Notes under the pieces: generated by a model
The model's database searches: none
Seen by the model: only the letters and a program-made list of their open reading frames with translations
What the model was told of the DNA's origin: nothing
DNA from: an uncultured delta proteobacterium
GTDB lineage: Bacteria > Desulfobacterota > Binatia > Binatales > Binataceae
Direction: 5' to 3'
DNA: 64,000 bases
Assembly: GCA_963710425.1 (NCBI GenBank)
Contig: CAVQAR010000036.1
Coordinates: 34,416 to 98,415 of the forward strand
In this document: positions 21,283 through 28,345 of the stretch, one piece after another
How the letters are laid out: each line of letters starts with the position of its first letter
Numbering within the stretch: position 1 is the stretch's first letter
Program-made: the position numbers and the translations under genes

Positions 21283-21873
21283 TCAACTGTTGTTCAGCGT
21301 TTTCTTGACGTCCTCGACGATATCCTGAGCCTTTACGGCTTCGCCGTTGTATTCGCGCACTATCCGCCCATCTGGCCCGATCAACATCATGGAGATCAGG
21401 TGCCCAACCGAACCGTCCGGCTCGATTTGGCGGCTGAGCTTGAAACCGGCCAGCGCCTTGTCGACGTCCGCCGGTCCTCCCGTCAGGAAATACCATCCCT
21501 TCTCATCTGCGCCCTGCTGATGCGAGTAATTGAGCAACTGTTTGGGTCCGTCATGTTCGGGATCGACCGTGATCGAAACCAGCGTCACTTTCGAACCAAG
21601 ATCGTTGCCCAGCCGCAGCGCTACGTTCGCAAACTTTGCGGTCTCCATCAGGCAGGGACCGGGACATGTCGTGTAGATGAAATCCACCACCATCGGCTTG
21701 CCCTTGAGCGACTCGAGCGAGAGCGTGTTGCCATTCTGATCGACGAGCTTGGTGTCCGTAAGGACACTAGCGCCCTCCGCGGTTGAGTCGCTGTGGCATC
21801 CAGCAGCCGCAAACAAGCTTGAAATTACTATTGCCGTGATTCCGATAGATCTGAGACTTCGATGAATACTCAT
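21283..21873 (-). CDS. SCO1/SenC family copper chaperone lipoprotein, copy B
   Basis: Lipobox AAGC; DFIYTTCPGPC; VGH; close paralog of 15903..16502. Confidence 0.92.
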   Translation of the reverse strand: MSIHRSLRSIGITAIVISSLFAAAGCHSDSTAEGASVLTDTKLVDQNGNTLSLESLKGKPMVVDFIYTTCPGPCLMETAKFANVALRLGNDLGSKVTLVSITVDPEHDGPKQLLNYSHQQGADEKGWYFLTGGPADVDKALAGFKLSRQIEPDGSVGHLISMMLIGPDGRIVREYNGEAVKAQDIVEDVKKTLNNS

Positions 21874-21953
21874 ATCTGCATCTCTTAGTAGTTATAATTC
21901 TCTAGTTGCCGTTAAGCGCCAACACATCAATGTGGTCCACTGTTTTTGTCGCA

Positions 21954-22949
21954 TCAGAAGCTGTAGCTCAGAATCAGCTTGGTCGCGTAGGCCGCAGTCA
22001 GCTGATAGCCCCTGATGTTTTGAAAAACCGGGACCTCTATGTCTGCGTAAGCCCGGATGACCCCGATTTTGATCTCGCCTCCCGGCGCAAGGATCAGACG
22101 GGTGTAGCCGCTGGCCCCTGGATTTGCGTTATTTCCTGTGTCCCGCGTACGGTCTGAGGCGAGAAAGGTGAGCATCGGAGCGAGTTCCTTGAGAAAACCA
22201 ACTTTGCCGAAGTCGTAGTACGCTCCTACTGCACCATCTACTTCCCTGCCCGGTGTGTATTGGTCCTGTGCCCACAGCGGCAAATCGTAGTTGACCTGCA
22301 CGAAGTAGTTGAAGGGGCGCTCCTTGAAAGTCAGCGGCAAACTCCCCAACTTCGTCGGGATCGTTCCTAGGTGGTAGGCGCCCAGCAGTAGATCGGTGCT
22401 TCCGGTGCCAATCTGCGTATCCCGATCGTAGGGTGGATAGGTCCATTGGCCGCTTGGAACCTTGACTCCCGCCATAAGTCCGGTCGACATGTCCTCCGAT
22501 AGACCCGTATACATCCCCTGGATCCGAATATCGCCGATAGAGTTATCCTGGAACCAGTGAATATCGGAGTTGTTACCGTTATAAGCACCCTTGTAATTAC
22601 GCTCCCAATACGGCACCTCGAGCATCACTCCCCAATCTCGATTGAACATGTACTGAACGCCGGCCTCCATGAAGTTCGTCCGGATGTACTTGTCGTTATT
22701 GTAGAACTCGGAGGCAGGCTGGGTCGCCTTAAAGTTTATGTACTGATCCATGTATTCATATTGAAACCACACCTGGCCGCCGGACCCCTGAGGAAACAGT
22801 GATGCGGTTCCTACCTCGAAGATTCCACATCCGCATGCACACGCCCAAACCAGGCCCGGCGTTAGGCCGATCACTAAAATCGTCGCTAGCAACACGCGCC
22901 TGGCCCTCTCACCGAAAGCCTGGCGCTCCGAAATAAGATTCCTCTGCAT
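21954..22949 (-). CDS. Putative outer-membrane beta-barrel protein with N-terminal CACGCG motif
   Basis: Signal peptide LVWA|CACGCG; GDIRIQG and QIGTGSTDLLLG resemble the MetA-pathway/transporter barrel family; C-terminal ILSYSF (terminal Phe). Confidence 0.65.
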   Translation of the reverse strand: MQRNLISERQAFGERARRVLLATILVIGLTPGLVWACACGCGIFEVGTASLFPQGSGGQVWFQYEYMDQYINFKATQPASEFYNNDKYIRTNFMEAGVQYMFNRDWGVMLEVPYWERNYKGAYNGNNSDIHWFQDNSIGDIRIQGMYTGLSEDMSTGLMAGVKVPSGQWTYPPYDRDTQIGTGSTDLLLGAYHLGTIPTKLGSLPLTFKERPFNYFVQVNYDLPLWAQDQYTPGREVDGAVGAYYDFGKVGFLKELAPMLTFLASDRTRDTGNNANPGASGYTRLILAPGGEIKIGVIRAYADIEVPVFQNIRGYQLTAAYATKLILSYSF

Positions 22950-22961
22950 AAACGTCCACCC

Positions 22962-22977
22962 CGGCCACATGTGGCCG
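22962..22977. promoter_or_regulatory. Perfect 16-bp palindrome CGGCCACATGTGGCCG next to the SD-like GGGGTGGA of the CACGCG barrel gene
   Basis: The palindrome is seen directly; a regulatory role is inferred. Confidence 0.35.
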
Positions 22978-23046
22978 CACCGGATGCTCGCGAGGCCATC
23001 CAGCCTGCAAGCAAGCATGTATTGACGAAAATGTGAGAATTCCTTG

Positions 23047-23364
23047 CTAGGAAAGCAGCTTGGGCGGCGGCGGATCGGGAGATTCGGCAAAGTTACATTT
23101 CAGAATGGGAACGAATTGAGCGAAGGTTTCATGCGAAAGAATTCGCGTGCCCATTTCCGGTTGCGCCGGGCGGGCAATCAATATCGCTGGCGCGCTGTCG
23201 AGCGATTGCAGCGGATGACAGATGTCCATCGAGATGCTCGGCCCTGAACGATCGGCAATGACGATCAGACCGATCGACGGCAGACTCGCCATCATTATGA
23301 CCAATGCCATCGCCGCGGCCAGCTGCCGCATCGAAGTTCGATCAATAGTCAATGCAGCAGTCAT
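23047..23364 (-). CDS. Small exported-type protein with proline-rich C-terminus (DUF2946/CutF-like leader candidate)
   Basis: Hydrophobic N-terminus, central DICH, C-terminal SPDPPPPKLLS; ATG immediately follows the SCO stop. Confidence 0.55.
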   Translation of the reverse strand: MTAALTIDRTSMRQLAAAMALVIMMASLPSIGLIVIADRSGPSISMDICHPLQSLDSAPAILIARPAQPEMGTRILSHETFAQFVPILKCNFAESPDPPPPKLLS

Positions 23365-23365
23365 C

Positions 23366-23983
23366 TCAGCTTCTGCCGCGCGCCTGATCGACGTCGGCGG
23401 CCACTGAATCGGGACTGACATCGAGCGCGTTGTACTGCCTCAACTGATGGCCGTCGGGACCAAGCAGAAATGCGGATATCGAGTGAGTAATCGTGCCGTC
23501 ACCCTCGCGCGTCCGGCGCAGCTTGAACTGCGCGAGCACCTGGTCGATTTGCGCCGGCGGTCCGGTCAGGAAAATCCAGCCGGGGCCGTCCGCATCGTGG
23601 CTCTTCGCATACTTCGCGAGCGCTGCCGGACTGTCATGCTCGGGATCGAGCGAGATCGAAACGATGGTAACGTCGGCTCCCAGGGCGGGTCCGAGCTGAT
23701 GCGCGATCGCCGCCATCTTCGCCGTCAACATCGGGCAGGTCGAGGCGCACGACGTGTAAATGAAATCGATCAGCACCGGCTTGCCTTTCAGCGACGCGAG
23801 CGAGACCGCCGCGCCATGCTGATCGACAAGACTCACGTCAGGCAGGCAATTATTCCCGTTAGCGGCCGGATAGTCGCCGCGCGCCTCGCGATCGCCGCAT
23901 GCCGACAGCGTAAGGATTGCCACCAGACTGACTAGTCCCAGGGCGCGGCGATACTGCCTAATGGTGTGGCTATCAAACATCAA
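23366..23983 (-). CDS. SCO1/SenC family copper chaperone lipoprotein, copy A (divergent)
   Basis: Lipobox LSAC; DFIYTSCASTCP; ISLDPEHD; FLTG; ITHS His ligand. Confidence 0.9.
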   Translation of the reverse strand: MMFDSHTIRQYRRALGLVSLVAILTLSACGDREARGDYPAANGNNCLPDVSLVDQHGAAVSLASLKGKPVLIDFIYTSCASTCPMLTAKMAAIAHQLGPALGADVTIVSISLDPEHDSPAALAKYAKSHDADGPGWIFLTGPPAQIDQVLAQFKLRRTREGDGTITHSISAFLLGPDGHQLRQYNALDVSPDSVAADVDQARGRS

Positions 23984-24005
23984 GTTGCTATAGCTACTCG
24001 AATAG

Positions 24006-24443
24006 TCAGAAGAGCGCGTGTCCGGCTTTTAGGTCAGCGCTCTTGATACGCACGATTCCAGAGTCGTCTTGATGCGGCAGGCTCGCTGGCACGCATGAGG
24101 CCTTGCCGTCCGTCATGTGAGCGATTGGATAGTGGTTCCCGCACACCCGGCAGATCAATTCGTTGCCAACTACCCGGTAGCCGCGATGGAACGCGAAGCA
24201 TTGCCGGCACGCGTCGAACACCGAGTGGACTTTACCGTCGTTGCCGCGCGCCAGGATGAAGCGCAGACGCCTGCCCGCGTCATCGGTGTAGCAAAATAGC
24301 TTCGCGCTGCCCGGACGTAGCGAGGACACGTTGACCGCGACGTCGCCCGGGCCGGGCACCATCGTGCAGTCCGAGTTCGCGGTGAACATGAGAAATGCCG
24401 CGCCGGCGGCCAGGATCACACCGCCTAAAATCTTGAGCCTCAT
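24006..24443 (-). CDS. DUF2318-type predicted Fe-S/metal-binding membrane-anchored protein (start approximate)
   Basis: FDACRQC...GY...ICRVCGNHY...SCVP pattern; N-terminal TM. Confidence 0.75.
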   Translation of the reverse strand: MRLKILGGVILAAGAAFLMFTANSDCTMVPGPGDVAVNVSSLRPGSAKLFCYTDDAGRRLRFILARGNDGKVHSVFDACRQCFAFHRGYRVVGNELICRVCGNHYPIAHMTDGKASCVPASLPHQDDSGIVRIKSADLKAGHALF

Positions 24444-24486
24444 CGTACGCATTGCGCTCCAATGCTGTCGCAGCACACTGCGGACG

Positions 24487-25449
24487 TCAAGGCGCGACCG
24501 CGTCGGTCAACATTACTTCCTTGATCCGTTCGGTCAGTTCCATCACGCGCAGTCCGTCCTCGGCGCTGACCGCGGGCGTCGATCGGCTGCGCACCGAATC
24601 GACGAACGCTTTGACCTCGTCCGCCAGCGGATCGCCTTCGCCGAAATCGATCTGCTCGGCCGAAATTGTCGGGAACTGCGCGCCGCGCACCGGCGGAGTT
24701 TTGCGATACATCTGGATGCTGCGCGCCTCGTAATCCACCGAGATGTACGCATCGGGCTGAAAAAAGCGAATTTTGCGCTCGCGCCGCGCCGACACGCGGC
24801 TGGACACGAGATTTGCGATCAACCCGCTCTGGAAGCGGACGCGCGCGTTGGCGAGATCGATCCGGTCGGTGAGAATTGCGACCCCGACCGCCTCCAACGA
24901 CGCGACTTCCGACGGCGCCACCGACAGGATCACGTCGAGGTCGTGCACCATCAAGTCGAGCACCACATCCACGTCGGTGCCGCGCTCGGTGAACGGCGCG
25001 AGCCGATGGCATTCCACGAAGCGCGGATTTTTCACAATCGAATGCAGATGGACGACCGCTGGATTGAATCGCTCGAGGTGGCCGATCTGTAGAATGCGCC
25101 CGCTGGCCGACGCGAGCGCCGCCAGTTCGTGAGCCTGCATCAGCGTCTCGGCCATCGGCTTTTCCAACAGCACGTCGATGCCCGCTTTCAGCATCGCAGC
25201 CGCAATCTCGTGATGCGTCACACCCGGCGACGCAATCGTTACGAGATCCACTTTTCCGATTAGCATCCGATAGTCCGCGAGCGGCGTCGCGTCAACTTCC
25301 TTCGCCAGCGCCCCCGCACGCTCAGTATCGATATCCACGATGTGCGCGAGCTTGATGCCTGCGAGCGCGGCGTACTTGCGCGCGTGGAGAGTCCCGAGCC
25401 GTCCCGCGCCAACTACAGCGGCCCGCAGCTCAGCCAACGGTTTCGGCAT
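24487..25449 (-). CDS. Gfo/Idh/MocA oxidoreductase, probable GnnA-like UDP-GlcNAc 3-dehydrogenase
   Basis: VVGAGRLG, LLEKPMA, QIGHLERFNP, DVVLDLMVHDLD; follows lpxA-lpxI, the usual gnnA position. Confidence 0.75.
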   Translation of the reverse strand: MPKPLAELRAAVVGAGRLGTLHARKYAALAGIKLAHIVDIDTERAGALAKEVDATPLADYRMLIGKVDLVTIASPGVTHHEIAAAMLKAGIDVLLEKPMAETLMQAHELAALASASGRILQIGHLERFNPAVVHLHSIVKNPRFVECHRLAPFTERGTDVDVVLDLMVHDLDVILSVAPSEVASLEAVGVAILTDRIDLANARVRFQSGLIANLVSSRVSARRERKIRFFQPDAYISVDYEARSIQMYRKTPPVRGAQFPTISAEQIDFGEGDPLADEVKAFVDSVRSRSTPAVSAEDGLRVMELTERIKEVMLTDAVAP

Positions 25450-26257
25450 AGCCGTATATCGTCACGTTCTTCGCGCGCGCGAGTTCGAGCGTGCGATCGC
25501 TTTCGAGTATCAGCGCAACGCCGGCTTCAAGGCCAATCATCGACGCGCCGATCTCCGCGAGTAGTTCCACCGTCGCCGGGCCGATCGCGGGGCGGTCGAA
25601 GCGCATGTCCTGTCCCGGTTTCGCGGTCTTGGCCACCACCAGTCCCGCGCCGACCAGCGCGGCCGCGCGACGAAGCGCGGCGTCGGTTCCTTCAAGCGCC
25701 TCGACTGCCGCCACCATTCCGTCACGAACCGCGACCGTCTGCCCGATATCGTAGCTGCCGAGCCGGCGCGCAATCTCGAATGCGAGATCGAGATCGCGGC
25801 GTTGCGATGCAGTCGGTTCGGGACCGGCGCCGACGCCAGCGCGCGCGAGCCAATGCGCAATCATCGGCACCGGATCGATCATCTTGATGTTTTCGGCTTC
25901 GACTTCGCGCGCGACGCCGCGCAGCACGGCGTCATCGCTGAAGCGCCCGATCCCCGCGAGCATCTTGAGCGCGCGCGCGTCGGGTGCGAACGAGTCTTTC
26001 AGGCGCGCGCGTGAGATGCCGCCGGCCATCGCGGCTTCCGCGACGCCCGCGTTTTTGAATACGTCGACAATTTTTTGCAGCTCGCCAACTTTGATCCAGG
26101 TGACTTCGTCGATTACTGAGTCGAGCGCGCGATCGCTTTCATTGAGGTGCGCGACCGCGACGATTTTTATTCCGCGTTCGCGGGCGGCGCGCGCAACTTC
26201 GAGCGGGAAGACGCCGTTGCCTGCGATTAGGCCGAGCTTATTCACGCTCGCGGCCAA
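25430..26257 (-). CDS. lpxI: UDP-2,3-diacylglucosamine diphosphatase LpxI
   Basis: LGLIAGNGVFP, DIGQTVAV, AVEALEGTDA, KPGQDMRFDRPAIG. Confidence 0.93.
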   Translation of the reverse strand: MAASVNKLGLIAGNGVFPLEVARAARERGIKIVAVAHLNESDRALDSVIDEVTWIKVGELQKIVDVFKNAGVAEAAMAGGISRARLKDSFAPDARALKMLAGIGRFSDDAVLRGVAREVEAENIKMIDPVPMIAHWLARAGVGAGPEPTASQRRDLDLAFEIARRLGSYDIGQTVAVRDGMVAAVEALEGTDAALRRAAALVGAGLVVAKTAKPGQDMRFDRPAIGPATVELLAEIGASMIGLEAGVALILESDRTLELARAKNVTIYGYAETVG

Positions 26258-27033
26258 CGACTCCGCGCTTGGAGTTGTTTATGAAATCAACCAGCCGCCG
26301 CACCTCGGCGAAGCTCGCCGTATTCTTCGAGCGTCTTCGCGATCGCTTCTTCGCGCAGCAGCTTCGAGAAGAACAGCGTGCGTATCGCCGACTTCAGCGC
26401 CGCGATCGTTTCAGGTTTGAAGCCGCGCCGCTGCAGCCCGATATCATTGACGCCCGCCAGCCGTGCGCGCTCGCTGCCCGCCACCATCGAGTACGGCGGC
26501 ACGTCCTGCGCGACCTTCGCGCCCGCCGCCACGATCGCGTGAGTGCCGATACGAGTGAACTGATGCACCCCGACCTGGCCCTCGCAAATCGCGTACTCCT
26601 CGATCACGCAGTGCCCGGCAAGGCCGGTGGACGCCGCGAGAATCACATAGTCGCCGATAATGCAGTCGTGCGCGACGTGCGCGTAGGTCATCACCAGCGT
26701 GTGACTCCCGATCTTCGTGATCATGCCGCCGCCTTCGGTGCCGCGATGCACGGTGGCGAACTCGCGAATCATATTGTCGTCGCCGATTTCGACCACCGAC
26801 GGTTCGCCCTTGAATTTCAGGTCCTGCGGTTCCGCGCCAATCGCCGCGAACTGCCAGATGCGATTGCGCGCGCCAATCGTGGTGTTGCGCTCGATCATCG
26901 CGCACGGACCGATCACCGTGCCCGCGCCAATTTTCACCGCCGGTCCGATCACCGCGCCCGCGCCGACTTCGACGCTCGTGTCGAGTTCGGCGCGCTTGTC
27001 GATTACCGCAGAAGGATGGATTCGCCCCGCTAT
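26238..27033 (-). CDS. lpxA: Acyl-ACP--UDP-GlcNAc O-acyltransferase (no clear start codon; frameshift near 26305)
   Basis: IHPSAVI hexapeptide repeats, QDLKF, HRGT, AHVAHDC, LAGH, VHQF; corrected C-terminus ELAEVRRLVDFINNSKRG. Confidence 0.95.
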
Positions 27034-27488
27034 CGAACTTGCTCCTCGACTTCCATCGCGGACAATTCCGCCTCGGCCGCCAACTCGTCGCCGACTTTCG
27101 CCACCGCCTGCATCCGCCACAGCGGCCGATGAAATTTCAGAATTTTTACTTCCATCCGAAGCTGATCGCCGGGAATCACGCGGCGCCGAAATCGCACCTT
27201 ATCCAATCCCGTCAGCACGAACAGACGCGTCGGGTCTCCACCCACTTCGTTGAGCGCGAGAATCGCGCCCGACTGCGCCAGCGCTTCGACGATCAGCACT
27301 CCCGGCATCACCGGATGCCCCGGGAAGTGTCCGGCGAAGTACGGCTCGTTGAAGGTGACGTTCTTGATCGTTACGACCCGGCCCTTGACCAGCTCGACGA
27401 TCCGATCGACCAGCAGAAACGGATAGCGATGGGGCAACAGCCCCAGCACGCGCTCGAGCTCCGAGACTTTCGTTTCGTCGTCAGGCAC
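27030..27488 (-). CDS. fabZ: 3-hydroxyacyl-ACP dehydratase
   Basis: LPHRYPFLLVDR, KNVTFNEPYFAGHFP..PVMPGVLIVEALAQ. Confidence 0.97.
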   Translation of the reverse strand: MPDDETKVSELERVLGLLPHRYPFLLVDRIVELVKGRVVTIKNVTFNEPYFAGHFPGHPVMPGVLIVEALAQSGAILALNEVGGDPTRLFVLTGLDKVRFRRRVIPGDQLRMEVKILKFHRPLWRMQAVAKVGDELAAEAELSAMEVEEQVR

Positions 27489-27518
27489 CGGGAATTACTT
27501 CACGTCTTGTCGAGCGGC

Positions 27519-28169
27519 CTACTTCGAGATCGTGGACTTCTTGGCCGCCTGCGATCCGAAATCCGACGGCTCCGACGCGCCCGGCTGCTCGCTCTGAACG
27601 CTGGCCGGCCTTACTGCGCCACCCGCGCCTTCGCCCACCGAGCCGATCGGTACGTGCATCGTGTTGTAGCTGCGGATCACCTGGTCGGTGATATCGATAT
27701 TCGGCGCGCCCCAGAGGATCGATCCCTTCTCGAACACCATCGTATAGTTGTCGCGCTCTCCCAGCGTGCGAATGACTTGCGCGAGGTCGTGCACGATCTT
27801 CGCCGTGACCTCCTGGTCCTTGGCCTGCAGCTCGTCCTTCGAATCCTTGTAGTCGCGCTCGAAGTTCTTGAGCTTCTCCATGTACTGATCCTGCAGGGAC
27901 TGGCGCTGATCGGGATTCATCAGCATGCCCTTTTTTTCCATCTCATCTTTGAGCGACTGGACTTCGTTCTGCTGCCGCTGCAGGCGTCCCTCGAGCGAGG
28001 TGACGCGCCCCTGGAAGTCAGCCTTGGCGCGCTTTCCTGCATCGCACTCATTGAGCGCCCGTTGCACGTCAACATAGGCGAACTTGAACTCGGCATGAGC
28101 GGGAACTGCCGCCAATGTCACCGCAAGGAACGCACCGAACATCGCACCGATGAACAAACGTTGCCTCAT
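27519..28169 (-). CDS. skp: Skp/OmpH periplasmic chaperone
   Basis: Signal peptide, KFAYVDVQRAL, coiled-coil body, DITDQVI; lies between bamA and fabZ. Confidence 0.9.
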   Translation of the reverse strand: MRQRLFIGAMFGAFLAVTLAAVPAHAEFKFAYVDVQRALNECDAGKRAKADFQGRVTSLEGRLQRQQNEVQSLKDEMEKKGMLMNPDQRQSLQDQYMEKLKNFERDYKDSKDELQAKDQEVTAKIVHDLAQVIRTLGERDNYTMVFEKGSILWGAPNIDITDQVIRSYNTMHVPIGSVGEGAGGAVRPASVQSEQPGASEPSDFGSQAAKKSTISK

Positions 28170-28345
28170 ACAGCCCGGAAAGCCTCCTGTTGACTACCTA
28201 TCTGGACGCGCGAGACACATTCGCGACGCGCCATTCGTTGCCACGTGAAATATACACAATAGTACCCCATCGAGCATTAAATCCAGTTGCACGCGCCCAA
28301 ATCGCCGTTAACTTGTCGAGAAATCATCAGGCCTGATTCGAGCAG

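Noticed and set aside
15387-24486. Copper cluster as a prophage, ICE or composite transposon
   Set aside because: No integrase, transposase, tRNA or terminal direct repeat was seen at either junction.
27021-27040. Non-canonical ATA start for lpxA overlapping the fabZ TAG
   Set aside because: Possible, but a small local indel correction gives an ordinary ATGA overlap (MSGRIH); not supportable given the error rate.
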